Source: Protoeuglena noctilucae (taxonomy: Eukaryota). From it: DNA of 64,000 nucleotides. The stretch lies in contig OY253671.1 in assembly GCA_958009085.1 (NCBI GenBank), positions 558,001 through 622,000 on the forward strand. The letters run 5' to 3'. The notes under the pieces were generated by a model, which worked only from the letters and a program-made list of their open reading frames with translations, did no database searches and was not told the DNA's origin. A program made the position numbers and the translations under genes. Below are positions 50,501-64,000 of this stretch, in pieces. How positions within the stretch are numbered: the stretch's first letter is position 1; each line of letters starts with the position of its first letter.

Positions 50501-53500
50501 GAACGGAGACAGTTTCGAATGTCATGCAGCGGCCCACCACGCGTGCACCCACAGCGGTGTGACGCTGCGCACAAACGCACAGCGTCACAAAGCATGCGCA
50601 CGCTTGCGAACCGCACCTGCACGATCGTGATGGCCGCCTCGTCGTCGAGGATGGACCCGGTCCCCGCGACGCCGCGGTGGTCCGTGGACACGACACGCAG
50701 GATCTCGTTCTCCAGCTCCTGGAGCTTCTTGGCGTTGGCCGCCCGCTGCAGCGTCAGCTCCTTGTGCTCCAAGGCCAGCTCCGGCCGCTCCTCCGCCAGC
50801 ATGACGCCCAGGAGCTGGTCGCCCAGGCCCTCCTCGGTGATGGCGAAGTTGACCATCGTGACCTTGGCCGCCGTGTCGGGCAGGAGCCGGGGGTTGCCGA
50901 GGGGGCTCGAGAGGTACAGCGAGAACTTGTCGTTCCACTCGATGTTCGCGTCGCCCATGTGCACGTAGACCACGCCCTGGTGCGTGAAGATCTGGCGGCC
51001 CAGCACGGGGTCCAGGGCCGGGTCGATCGTCTCCGTCACCTCCGTAATGATGACGGGCAGGCCGAACTGCACGGCGTTCTCGATCTTCCGCAGCAGGTCC
51101 TTGTCGTGCGACTTGATCTGCTGCAGGCTCGACTTCTTGAACATGTTGGTGAGCCATTTGGTGGCCTGCCCCACCGGGTCCACCAGCAGCGGCGCCCGCA
51201 CGGCCCAGTGCGTGATGATGGCGTTCTCCACGCTCAGCGCGTCGTTCGGGAGACCGTCCAGGTGCCACCCGAGGATCTGCACGGGGTCTCCCAGGTGCGA
51301 CACCACAGAAAACCCTCCCTTGGTCGGCCGCGAATACCGCAGGCCCGCCTCCACCACCTCGCGCTCCCACCGCGTCAGGGCCTCGTCGCGGAAGTCCTTC
51401 GGGAAGGGCCCGAGGTACGTGATGACGCCCGCGCAGAGCACCATGTCCCCGACGATGCAGTCGAGCCAACCCTGGATGACCTCGGCCTCCCCCGCCCACC
51501 GCAGCTTCTCGTCCCCCAGCCCGACCACGAGCCGCTCCGCCCGGCTGATCTTGAGCCCGCACGTGTCGATTTCCTTCCCCAGCTCCGCCTTGCGCTTCTC
51601 CAGCTGCTGCGCCTGCTCCTTCAGCCGCGCCAGCTGCGCCAGGAGCTTCTCCAACTCCTCCTGCTTGGCGTGCACCACCTCCATCGTCTGCCGGTACTCC
51701 TCGTCGGCCTTGGCCAGGTCCTGGCGCTTCGGGGCGATCTCCTTCGCCACCGTGTCGTAGCCCGACAGCGCCACGACCCACTTGCAGATCCCGGCCATGG
51801 CCTCGGACGCCACGCGCACGCGCTCCGTCTTGAAGTCCTCGCGCGAGATGTACTCGCGGCGCACACGCTCCATAATTTTGGCGTCGATGTTGTCCTTGTC
51901 GTACTTCTTGAGCCGGTCGAGCAAATGCTGGTCCTGCAGCATGCGCAGCGCGGGTGTCCAAAAGTCCACCAGCTTCTTCCCGTACTCGTTCGGGTCGGGC
52001 AGGACCAGCGGGTCGATGCGGAGGAGCGCCATGACGGCCTGCAGCACGAGCTTGATGGGCTCCGGAGGGCTCTTGAAGCTCTGCACGATGCGCATGTCCT
52101 TGGAGTCGATCGTGTCGAGGCTCTTGATCGCCGCCTCCATTGCCGGGAGGGCGTCCTGCAGCCGCGCCTCGCACTCGAGGCGGATGCGGTTCGCGGCCTC
52201 GGCCGTCTCGTTCGCGCGCGCCAGCTCCTCGTCCACCTGGCGCTTGTACTCCTCCACCTTCGCCTGCTCCGCCGCCACCTCCACCAGCTTCCGCCGCGCC
52301 TGCTCCGTGGCGTCCTCCAGCTTCGGCTTCAGCATCGTCAGCTCCAGCTGCAGGTCCGCAACCTGCGACTGCGCGCTCTCCAGCTGCGCCAGGCCGTCCA
52401 GGAACCGCTGGTGCATGGTGGAGAGGTGGGCGCCGCGGCTCCCGACCAGCTTCTTGATGCTGGTGAAGAGCGAGAGGAAGACCTTGGGCGTCACGGTGCT
52501 GTAGCGCCCGCGCTGCCGCCGCAGCTCCGCGCCCATGAGCCGCGTGTCGAGGTGGATGCGCTTGCACACCCGGATGACCCGCGCCTCGGTGCCCTCGCCG
52601 CCCCGGGACTCCAGGCCGGCGAACCCGGCGAGCTCGAACTCGGCCACGGCCTGGAGGGCCTCGTCGGGCCAGTCCTGGAACCAGTCGATGGTGCAGCAGT
52701 TGACCAGGGCCGGGAACTGGCGCAGCCGCTCCCGGAAGGCGTCGTGGTCCGGGGACATGCACAGCACGGTGTGCAGGTTGCGGCGGACGCGCGAGACGAA
52801 CATGCTCCACATCTCGAGGTTGGAGAGGTCGGCGCCGCCCTCCATGGACGCCACCATGCGCGCCGTGTTCTGACTGCTGTTGCGGCCCACCGCGTCGGCC
52901 GCCTGCTCCATGTTGGCCCGCATGGCGTCCACCATCTGGCCCTTCTCCTCGGCCGTGAACAGCGAGGGGACGTCGCCGGACTGGATCAGCGACGAGATGT
53001 GCTCGACCTGCTCCTCGAACCGCACTTGCTGCTCGCTGAAGAGGAACACGGTCGGCTTGCCCTGGCACCCGGCGAGCGTCATGGCGCGCTTCACGTCCTC
53101 CTTCCAGTCCTCCATCGAGTACAGCCGCCCCGCGTGCACCTCCACCAGCGTGCAGTGCGCCATGAAGGCCGCCAGCCGCGTGAGGCTCTGCCGCCCCGTG
53201 CCGCCCATGCCCACCAGCATGGCGTGCTCCCCGGGCAGCCGCAGCACGCGCAGCACGCGCGCCATGTGCTGCACGACGTACCAGAACACCGAGATGCGCA
53301 GGGGCTTGCGGTTCACGGTGTGATACTCTTTCAGACCCTGCGCGGCGGCCTCCACGGCAGTGGCCGTGCTGGGAGCCTCGCCGTAGGGCTTGGCGCGCTC
53401 GATGCCGATGTTGCCGCCCGACCGCAGCTCCGTGGTGAGGTCTGAGAAGGACATGGTCTTGAGGGCCTCCTTGGTGGACGGCACGCCGGCGACCAGGTAG

Positions 53501-56500
53501 GACGTGAAGGCGAACTCGGGGGACGTCTGGAGCGTATCCTGCATGACCTGCAGGACCTTGTCCTGGAGCCAGTCGAGGTCGCCGTCCTCGATGAGGCGGT
53601 CCCCGAAGACCCTCATGCACTCGTGCGCCCACAGGCGCGTCATGCAGGGCACGTCCATCTCGTCGTAGTCGGGGAGCGTCATGCCCTCCACGACGCGCGC
53701 CACGTCGCGGGCGCTGAACAGGTAGTGGCTCTTCTGCGGCGTGGGCATGAGCCGCTGCACGGAAGCCTCGTAGACGCGGAGGGTGGCACTCACCGCCTGC
53801 CCCGACAGGGCCAGCAGCTCGGGCGGGGCCTCCTCGTTGGCCATGTGGATGTTCAGCTTGGCCTCGAAGATGAACTGCATCGTCGACGGCGGCAGATCGA
53901 CCATGGTCACCGTCACGAAGTGGCGAAGGAGACGCTCCGTCACGGCGTGGCGCCCGCCGCCCGTGGGGCCCATGGCCGCCACGAACGAGCAGTCGGAAAT
54001 CTGGTAGAACTGCCGGTCGGTGCCGAACACGCCGCCCTGGTCGAGCACCGTGCGCAGGAGCTCGATGGGCGGCTGTGCGCCGTACTCCTCTGGCCGTGGC
54101 ATGTTCAGGTCGTCCACAAACACCACCATGGTCTTGCCGAGCGGCGGCCCGAGCACTCCGCGGCGCCGCCGGTCCAGCTTGGCCTCGATGACGGCCTGGG
54201 CCTTCTCGGCCGTGGTGCGGGCGGTGAAGACCAGATGGTTGGTCGGGGTGTACCGCTCCGTATCGAGTTGCGCCAGGTGCTGGAGGATGTACGTGGACTT
54301 GCCCACGCCCGTGGGGCCCACGAAGAGGACCGGGAGCGACTTGGGCACGCACAGGTCCAGCACGGCGATGTACTGCGCGTGCTCGGGCGTCGGGATGACC
54401 ACGTCGCGGAACGTTGGGCCCACGCCGGCCGGCATGTCGAACTCCTCCTTGCTGTACTGCCGCCAGTCGATCGTCTTGGGCACGTAGTGCCAGTCGAACA
54501 CGGTCCTGTCCGTGCTGGTGCGCGGGATCGTGTCCACGGTCAGCTTGAACCCCAGGGCCTGGGGCATGCCCAGCAGCGCCAGCCACGCCTCCTCGGCAGC
54601 CGAGTAGCCCTGCTCCGCGGGCTGCATGGACCCCTCCTCCTCGAACAGCGACGTCTGGCTCAGGAGCACCCCGCTGCTCTCCTCCGCCACGCCCCCCGGC
54701 CCCGGCCCCTCCTCCGCGATCGAATCAATGACCGGGCCCGGGTACAGGCCGCGCCGCGAGAGGCTCCGGGAGACCACGGACGTCAGGCGCGCCGGGTTCT
54801 GCCCCTCCTCGGTGATGGATCGCTGCACGCGGCGTCGGTTCGTCTCGAGCGCGTCCCGCACCACCTCCTCCGCCACGATCAAATTGATGTGGCGGTTCAT
54901 GTCCTTGGCCAGCTCCTTGCGGGCCATCACCGTGGCCGCGTCGTCCACGCCGCCCGCCATCATGACGCTCTGCCGGCGCAGGGCCACCTCGGCCTCCCGC
55001 TGCCCCACGCCCACCTTGCGCCCGACCGCCTTCCACAGCTGCGTGGCGCTGGGGTGGCTGGACAGCGCCCCCTCCGACGTCTCGTTCACCGCCACGGCCG
55101 GGATGTCGTTCCGCGACGTCTGGCGCGACAGGGGAACCGAGATGGAGCCCCCCAGGTCCCGCCGCAGGTCACCCAGTCGACTGCCCGACCGCCGCACGGC
55201 CCCGCGCGAGCCATGGCTCTCGCGGAACTCGGTCGTGTTGAGCATGTCCATGCCGCGCGAGGGCGACGCGGCCAGCGAGCGCTGTGCCTGCATTGCGGGC
55301 GACACGGACGCCCCCCGCAGCAGGGCCGACACCCCGTGTCCCTGCTCGCCCTGCATCATGGGAACCAGGACGCTGCGCCAGTCCATGAGGTTGCCCGACT
55401 CCATGCCGTCCGAGTAGACGGCGCCGGAGGGGGACTTGAAGTGCCGCAGCTCGCTGTGGACCAGGGCGCGGAAGAAAGTCGAGAAGACGTGGCGGTCGGC
55501 GTCCGAGGCACACACGCTCCCGACGGACCACAGGAGTGCGTGGACGAAGAGGTGCTGGAGGTGGATGTCCGCGCCGCGTGCGTGGCGGTCCCACCAGTGC
55601 GCGTCGCACATGAAGGCCGAGATGGCATCAAAGACGAGCATGAAGGACTTGACCACCGCGCAGTGCGAGACGGGGACGAAGGAGCGCACCTCGCGGGAGA
55701 TGAACTGGAGCGTGACGGGCACGTAGTTGTTGATCAGACCGAGCAGCAGGGCCTTGTGGGCGTCGGTGAGGCCGTCCATGTGGTCCCCCAGGCGCTCCAG
55801 CCACGACAGGACCATGGGCTGCCAACCCAGGGTCTCCGGGTCCGTGTAGACCATCCCGCAGCGGGAGATGGTGGCCGGGGACGCCCGGGAGAGGTCCATG
55901 ACCTCGAAGATCATCGTCATGCCGGGGGACATGCGAATAATCTCGCCCGAGTTGAGGCAGAGCTTCTTGTTGTCGTCGAGCACGGTGTTGAGGTTCTCGA
56001 TCCACATGGCGTCGACGGGGCCGTCCAGGACGATCCACTCGCGGTCCTCGGACTCCGGGTGGCGCCGGGACGCCTCCCGGAAGGTCATGGCCAGCACGCC
56101 GTCCTGCCACTCGTGCGTGTTGATGTCGAACTTGCCGAAGAGCCTGCCGATGGGCATGGCCTTGGGGTTGATCACGTGGTAGTGCACCGGGTGGCAGTCC
56201 TCCTGCCCGTGCTCCGCGAGCATCGTCAGCGCCTGCGCCAGCGTCCGGAACGCCGTCGACTTGCCCGACAGGGGCCGCCCCACCAGCATGAGGCCGTGGC
56301 GCACGGCCACCATCTCCTGGAGCTGGATGCACTTGGTCAGGAAGTAGGGCGACGGCTGCAGCCCGATGGCGATGCACGTCTCCCGCAGCGCCCACCGCAG
56401 GTTGGAGTAGTCCGACACGAGGGGCTTGCTGTCGGGGAACAGGTCGGCCACGATCCCCTGGAACAGCGGGATGTCCTCCGCGACGAACTTGCACAGGTTG

Positions 56501-59500
56501 ACGTCCAGGAGCGACCGCAGGATGAGCTTGTACTCGTCGTCCTTGGGGAAGCGCCGCTTGAGGATGCCGGCCGCACGCAGCACGGCAATGACGGCGCGCA
56601 TGCCGTAGTCGTAGTGGTCCTGGCTCGACAGCTGCTCGGAGCAGAGCTTGTAGCACTGCACGATCTTCTGCGCGCACTTGTTGGCGGCCACGTAGCCCTC
56701 GCTGAAGAGCATCGTCTCAGCGATCATCGCGTAGTCGGGCACCATCATGGCCATCGCGCGGAACCGGCCCTTAAGGTTGTCGGGCAGCTCGTTGCGCCCC
56801 GCGTAGGACGGGTTCATGGTCACGCCCACCCACGCCGTATGCTTGAGCTGCAGGGTGGTGCCCTCGAACTCGAGCGTGAAGACCCGCGATGCGATGGCCA
56901 TCTGGATCGTCGCGATCTGCTGTGCCGCCACGGACAGCACCTCCAAGTTGATGCGGTTGAACTCGTCGAAGCAGGCCCAGGCGCCCGTGGCGCAGAGGCC
57001 CTTGAAGAACTTGCCGAGTGACAACTCGTCCAACTCCTCGCTGCAGTTGAACACCAGGCAGTGCTTGGCCACCGTCTTCGCCAGGTCCTTGGTCGTCTCC
57101 GTCTTGCCCGTGCCCGCGGGGCCCTCGGGCGCACCGCCCAGCGTCAGCTGGTAGGCCATCACCAGCGTGCGGTAGCACCGGTCCGTGAGGGGCGTGACGA
57201 CCAGGCGGGTCGAGTTGCCCAGGTACTCGTAGCCGAACTCGATGCGCGCGTCCATCATGCGCAGGCAGATGGCCATGCCGTCCTGGGCCACCTCCGCGTC
57301 CACGCCCGGGGTCGCCGGGTGCGTCGATGCCGTCTGCCGGAAGTGCTTGCTCACGCTCCGCACCACCGCGCTCGGGCGGCGCGAGATGGACCGCACCGAC
57401 GGCGTCGCAGGCGTCCGCGCGTCGTCGTGCCCCGCGTCCGACGGCGCCTTGGGCGTCCGCGCATCCCCCCGGAACTCCGCCAGCTTCTTGCGCCCCAGCG
57501 AGCCCCACCGCGAGGCCGACTGCGCGGGCTCGTAGTAGGTCCGCAGCTGGGACTTCCACTCGAAGTCCGCGAGGTCCCGCACAGCCGTGCCGACCAGGTG
57601 TTGCGCGACGTCGCGGGCGTGGACGTCATGCACGAGGAGCGTGGAGAGCGTCAGGCGCGACAGCGGGTCGAGGTCCCCGCGCACGCGCTCGACGACCTGG
57701 ACGATGTCGTCCTGGCACTGCATGACCAGGTCCTCGAGGGCGTGCGACTCGATCGCCTCCTCGACCGCCCGCGTCCAGAAGAGGGCCGAGACGGCCAGGA
57801 CGCTCATCTGGGGCCACTTGAGCATCCACGCGACCTGGCGGCCCCCGGGGAACTCGGCCATGCACTTGCTGGTGACGACCTTGGTGGCCTCGAACATCGA
57901 GCTCTCCACGCGCGAGAGCCACTTCTCCACGTTGCCGCCGGCGTCGCGCGGGAAGACGTTCGTCACGAACGGCACGAACTCGCCCTCGGCGCTGACCATG
58001 CCGGTGATGAGAGGGTCGCGGACCTTTCCCTCAAACCGCAGCTTGGCGATGCCCTCGAAGCTCTTCCGCAGGTGGGGCTCCACGCGCGTCGGGTCGCGCA
58101 CCTCGCTCAAAACCTCGAGCATCTCGTCGTCGGACAGGAAGAAGAAGCGCGGGAACAGCAGCCGCTTGGCGTCCAGGTACGTCGACAGCGCCTTGTGGAC
58201 TGTCTCCAGCGTGCCCAGGGACCGCTGCAGCTGCTCCAGCATCTCCTGGTTGCGCGCCGTGTTGGCGGGGGCGAACACCACCCTCGGGTCGTCGTGCGCG
58301 TCGTGCATCATGACCTGCGGGCGCAGTGCGCGTGCATGGCTCAGACGCCGGCCCACTCCATGCCAGCCCGGCAACTAAGCGACGACCAGGACAGCTCGAG
58401 GCGTCATGCACTGCCAAAGCGACTCCGGGCGCCCAACAAAGAACCCACCTGGAAGGCCGTGTCGACGCTGAGGAACTGCGTCGTGGTGTCCGGCAGCTGC
58501 GCCCCGATGTCCTGGGACTGGAAGATGGGCTCCAGGTACAGCCACTTGCCCTGCACTTTGATCCACGTGTCGATGAGATCCTGCAGGATGAGCAGGTGCT
58601 TCTCCCAGCGACGCGCGTCGGGCTTGAAGGAGGTTGAGAAGGGGCTCGCCACGATCGTCTGCGGAGAGCAGGGGGAGGCGAGCGGTGAGTTGTAGAAACA
58701 GGCGACGATGACGGCACAGGAAAGTAGGAGAGCAAAGAAGGGCGGGTCTGCTGGGCAAGCGACGCGTCCAGCCACGGCCCCGTCATCTCACCTGCACCGT
58801 CATGACTTGCTCGTCGAGGAGGGTCAGAATCTCGTCCACGCTCCCCAGCTTGTACGCCCCCTCCTTGTCCTTGTACCGCAGGACGGTAAGCTCCCGCTCC
58901 TGCAGCTCCGTCTGCATCCGCTTGAGCGCCTGCTGCACCCCCGCCTCCTTGACGGCCACCGCCTGGATCTGGTCGGCCTTCTTGAGCACGTCCGGGTTGC
59001 CCAGCCCCAGCTTGCGCAGGTCGTCAAGCGAGAGACCCCTGCGAGCACCGGGAGGAAGGATGGTGTGTCACGTGGCTACCCTCGCAACGGAGCAACAGGT
59101 GGGGCCCGCCATCTACCACGCCAATCGCCTCATGTAAGCCGGCATGCCCACACAGAAACGGCATCGCAAGCAAACTGCCAGACAAGTGCGCATCGGCAAT
59201 CCAAGTCAGCGCCCCATGAACCTCGGCCCAGCCATGCATGGCCGCCCGCGAGTCACTCACTTGACCGATCGCTCGCCCTCCTCGTCGACAGGCAGCTGCC
59301 TCCCAATGATGTGGAAGATCTTCTCCCAGTGCCTGTTCTGCAGGGCCTTGTTGGCCGCCAGCTCCAGCAGTGGCTGGGTGTCCTGGAATTCGTGGATCTC
59401 TTGGGCCAGCAAGGTCGCCACCGCGTCGTCCTTGTAGAGCTTCGTCATCTTGTAGGCCTCCCGCACGAGCTCGTCCAGGTTGTCCTGGATGTCGTCCAGG

Positions 59501-62500
59501 TGCAGCGAAGTCACGGGCGACAACTGCCACTCGAGGCGCTTGTTGCGGAACAGGCGCATCCAGTCCCAAATGCGGCGGCGCATCTCCAAGTCCCGCGCCG
59601 CCTGCTCCAGGTTCTGGTCGTCCCGGGCCATGCCCGGCGTCAGCACCATCCCGTACACGTGGTACTCTTGCGACGTCGCCGAGAGCCTGCAAATGGGGTG
59701 TGGCGCCCGTTGGAGACTCGCTCGCATCCACTCGCAGCTATGCTTACTGCTACCCTCACCGCACGAGCTGTGTATCCTAGCCCCCCTGCCACCCTCGCTC
59801 ACCGCACGAGCTGCTCGTCCAGCTTCTCCAGGGCCTCCGCGACCTCGCGGGCGTCCTCGTCCGGGTTCGAGTACCGCCCCGTGTTGAGCTCCGTGACGAT
59901 GCTGAGGAGCTGGGCGTCGAGCTGCATCAGCTTCATGTCGAGCTCGGCCACCATGCTGGCCCGCTGCGACGACAGGTACGCCTCGGCGTGGTCGAGCTCG
60001 TCGGCGATCTGGGCGTGCAGGTCGTGCATGGCCTTGCGCATGACGTCGTCCTCAAACGACAGGACGTCCTTCTCGTCGCCGGAGAGCAGGATGAGCTCGT
60101 ACACGTCCTCGACCGCGTCCACCTGGGCGCGGATGTCGTTGCGCGACGCCACGCAGTCGTTGAAGTCGTTGTGGAAGGCCACGAAGGCCGCGAGGGCCTT
60201 GGGGCGGACCTGCAGCCGCTCCAGGCGCTCCTGGAGGGACGTGGACACGTCCCTCACCATCATGGTCCCGATCTCGTGCAGCGCGCGCTGCATGCTGCGG
60301 TAGATGGCCTGCGCCTGGACGACCATGTACTCCTTGATTTCGCGGAGGTCGACGGACAGCGCCCCGCAGATGAGGAGCTTCTTGACGGCGTCCATGCCGC
60401 GCACCCAGATCTTGATCTTGCGCATCTGGAGGGCGAGGGCCTCGGGGTCCGGGGACCCCTGGGGGTGCAGGATCGCGTGGATGACCCGGTCGCCCTCCCG
60501 CTCCATCTGCTTGATGAACCGGTGCATCTCCAGCTTGGTCTCGAGGACCTGCGTCTGCTCGCGCGCCACCGCGAAGCTGTGCCGCACGACGGCGCCCATG
60601 CCCTCTCGGCACGCGATCCACGCGTCCGTCTCGAGCACGATGTGCGTGGGGTCGATGGCGGCCCGGGGGTCCTCGTCGGGGAAGAAGCGGTTGAGGTACT
60701 TGTAGCCGCTGGCACCGTACACGCGTGGCATGGACTCGAGGGCCATCATGACGGCGCCCAGCACCTGCTCGACCGCGTAGTTGATCTGGTCCTCGTCGGG
60801 GACGATCGCCACGCGGTTGTCCACGATCTCCACCTTCGTTTCGAACACGCCCTTGTACACGCTGCCCGACCGCCACTCCTGGGACCGCAGGAGGCGGTGC
60901 ATGGCCGACACGGAGCCCAGCACGCACCGCACGGTGTTCTCCATGAGCACCAGGTCGGCCAGCTTGATCAGCCGCGGCATCAGCGCCACGTCGGCCTTGG
61001 TCTGGAGGTGCTTGCGGTGCCGCTCCTGGCGCTGCGCCTTGGCCTGCGAGATTGACAGCTTCTCCTCCTTGCGCAGGCTCCGCTGGTCGATCTCCACCTG
61101 GTCCCGCGCCCGGCCCTCCTGCTCCGCGATGTGGTCCCCAGTGGCTTCCAGCGCGTGGCCCACACGGTTGCTGATCTCGCGGATGTACTCCATCGCGTCC
61201 TCCCGCTGACGGTTGTTCGCCTCCAGGAAGTCGGCCACTGCGAGAAACGTGGCAGGTGCAAGGTGACGGAACCAGGCTATGTCAACGCCAAGCGAGACGG
61301 GACCAGACGCGCAGCACATCGCAGGCCAAGGTCAGGCGGAGGGTCGGGATCGTGAACTGCCTACCGACCCCCATCGCCTCAGCCGCGCCGTGCCATCACG
61401 CACCCGAGTAGAGCTTGGGGCTCTCGCCGTGGACGTCCTCGTAGTCCCCGACGAGCACGCGTGTCTCCTCGACGGCCGTGCGTGCCTCCATGAGCGCGTC
61501 GATCGTGTCTTGGAACACCGGCTTGACCAGGAAGAGTCGCTGCGCCAGGCGCTGGCGCGTGCGGCGGAAGAGGCTCCACCGGACCATGGCGCGCCAGATG
61601 CCGAAGTACTTGCGGCAGAAGTACTCCTTGAAGAAGCGTATGGACTTGATCATCTTGAACGTCGACCGCTCGCGGATGAACTCCCCCAGGGACGTGAACT
61701 GCGACTCGCCCGTCTCGAGCACCCGCACCACGCCCTGCACCGTGACGGTGAAGTGCTGCGGGGCCACGTGTGCCTGGTCGACCAGCCATGCGTCGTAAGG
61801 GTCGTAACTACGGTCGCCGGGGTAGTTGCTGGGGTTGAGGTAGAAGATCTTGATCGCCGCCTGGCTGCCGTGGGACAGGTAGTAGTCCAGCACGTCCTGG
61901 AGCTCCCGGAGGACCTTGCCCGTTTCTGGCGCATGGATCTCGATGCTCGCCGCCATCGCCTCCTCCCGCATGCGGCCACGGCTCGCGCTCTGCCGTGGCG
62001 CCATGTACACTTGCTCACCCCTGCGGCGCAGCAAACGGAGCGTTCGGCGGCGCCGGCCCAAGGCACCTGGCGCGACAAGCGCACTGCTTCCGCTCCACAC
62101 GCACCTTGGGGGTCCTGCCTCACGCGCCCGCTCTGACAGGGGGAGCCCCAGCTGGCCCACGGGGAGGCCCTCGGGCTCCTCGATGCCCACCTCCCGAATG
62201 TCCAAATGCCCCTGCAGGTTGGGCTGTGCCCGGCGGCCCTGGCCGGCGACGGCCGCAGCGCCCCGGCCGGCTGCGTTGGGCGGCCTCGCGTTCCGGTCCC
62301 CCGGGGGCCCGGGCGAAAAGGCCACCTGCGTCGCTTTCCGAAGCGCCAGCGTCTGAGCCACAGACATCATGTCTGCAGCGGACATGCCCCTCGCGTGCGT
62401 GTGCGGGGAGTGGTCATCTGCGGCATCAACCGGCGCCCCGGCGCGGTCCGCGGGAGCCGTGGAGGTCACGGAGCGCGCGGACTTCGCGACGTCGCCCGCA

Positions 62501-63373
62501 GGTGGCAGCGGATGTGCGGCGTCTGGCAGGGGCGGGAGGGGTTGCAGGCTTCCCGACAGGGGCGGGAGGGAGTCCAGGTGGGTCTGCGCACAGGACGGGA
62601 GAATGATGAGTCGCGAATAGCAACAGTACACCCAGCGAGAAGCGGCGACCAGCCCTGGCTCCCTCACTTGCTCGCCAGCGCTGACGCGGGCCTGGAAGGC
62701 CGCTGCTGCCGCGCCGTCGAAGGTGGCATGATGACGGCCGGCGGAGAGGATTCTCGCATCGCTGAGCGCCTTCCCGGACGTCCCGAGTGACGCAGACAGT
62801 GCCTCCAGCCTCCGGACCCGGTCCGTGTTTGCCGAAAAGAGCTTCACGCGCTGGAGGGAGGTCGGGGCAGGCGCGTCGAGGGACGAGGGCGCATGGTGGG
62901 AACGGCACACAAGAGAGGCATGCAGTCACCACGGAAAGGTGAAGCGCTGATGCGCGTGCGCACCTGGACGGCCTCCTGCGACGGGGGCCTGGGCAGGGGC
63001 AGGCCTGCTGCCCTCTCGTCGGGGCTGCCCGTGCGCTCGTAGAGGCGGACGCCACCCTGACGAAAATCCTCGATGTTGACGCGGTCATGGTCTCGTCGCC
63101 GCACGCGCTTGGTCCATATGACCTCTCCGTGCGCTTGCGTCGCCCGCTTCTTCGCGTCTTCCCCGTTCGCCGCCCTGCCTGCCTCGCTAACGTGCTTATT
63201 TCCGTGTTCCTGCGAATGTCGCGACGCGATGTCGCTCCTCGGGCTGCCCCCCAGCCGCGGAGGCGTGGGACATGGGAGCAGCGCTGCAGGCGAAAGCGGC
63301 TCACCCGTGCCACCCGCGCCCTCCCCGGGCTCCCATTCAGAGCCTCTTGTCGCCCGGCAAGGAAACCTTCCAT
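47576..63373 (-). CDS. Axonemal dynein heavy chain (inner-arm, single-headed type)
   Basis: About 13 exons including a 7.7 kb exon 58314-50617. FPRFFFLSDDE, AAA1 GPAGTGKT/WACFDEFN, AAA2 GRPLSGKS, AAA3 GPTGVGKS, AAA4 GMGGTGRQ, stalk/MTBD, C-terminal YECPLYRT..HWVMRG. The 5' end is uncertain. GC donor at 48099. Confidence 0.93.
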
Positions 63374-64000
63374 CTTCAAGGGCTTCCACTTGAATGCGAG
63401 GGCGTCACTGCAATGAGGAGCATTCCTTAAAGAATCATTCCTCAACAATCCTTTGGCCCCCGCTGAGATGCAGTTCGAGCCTGTTGTACCACAGAAAGCT
63501 GAGACAGAGACAAGGATCCCCGGGGACCGTGGCAGCTCACCCCAGCCATCAAACGTCTCCTGCCATGCCGTTGCTCGCTGTCCCGTCCTCCAACGCCTCA
63601 ACACAGCATCAGAACGGGATGACAGAACGCGCACACGTGTCTCTGTGGCGGTTGCGCTTCGACTTTGCATGCACTCGTGCCTAGATGCAGCGCACCGAGC
63701 AATTCATTGCATCAGTCCCTACGACGGTTTCTGCACTCTGTTCCGCCACACGAGGTCCAGACAGACTGCGTTTGGGTGCCCGCCTCGGTGCGTACATGAC
63801 ACCAGCTCCGACAAACGACGCAAGAGTTTTTGCATCGTTTTCCGCGCGCTTCGCTTGTTGCCAACCAGGTCCTTGGCTTCTTTCGTCGATTCAAATCTTT
63901 CTAGGCCTGAATATCAGAGACTGACCATCGCATTTCTCGCCCGAACAGCATCACTGTTCGCAGGCATGGGTACGGAGGCGGGGAGGCATGGGCAAATACT

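Noticed and set aside
48698..57021. Very long alternate-frame and antisense ORFs over dynein (756, 922, 1132, 1333 aa)
   Set aside because: These are shadow ORFs expected from extreme GC3 bias. They are low-complexity, with no recognisable domains.
1..64000. Introner-type repeated introns, transposons, tRNA/rRNA, CRISPR arrays, altered genetic code
   Set aside because: By eye the introns share no extended similarity or terminal repeats, and no such elements were recognised. TAA, TAG and TGA all occur as stops. An all-vs-all alignment and an Infernal scan would be needed for certainty.

Overview
This is a compact, roughly 70% GC eukaryotic nuclear region, most likely from a flagellated green alga. 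The evidence is plastid Fd-GOGAT, TGD1, UVR8, fused organellar GlyRS, PSTAIRE CDKA, CEP120 and an axonemal dynein. I hand-spliced 21 intron-rich protein-coding genes with about 115 introns, mostly 75-180 nt. Most entries in the supplied ORF track are GC-bias shadow ORFs or exon-plus-intron read-throughs. I found no tRNA, rRNA, transposon or CRISPR array. The main anomalies are: (1) about one intron in five uses a GC 5' splice site, many fixed by conserved protein motifs; (2) CDKA intron 1 has no usable AG acceptor; (3) a nuclease-less NUMOD3-repeat protein; (4) an HTH plus alpha-crystallin-domain protein; (5) a UVR8 tail with four VP motifs; (6) very tight convergent and tandem gene packing. 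All gene models are manual inferences without transcript data.
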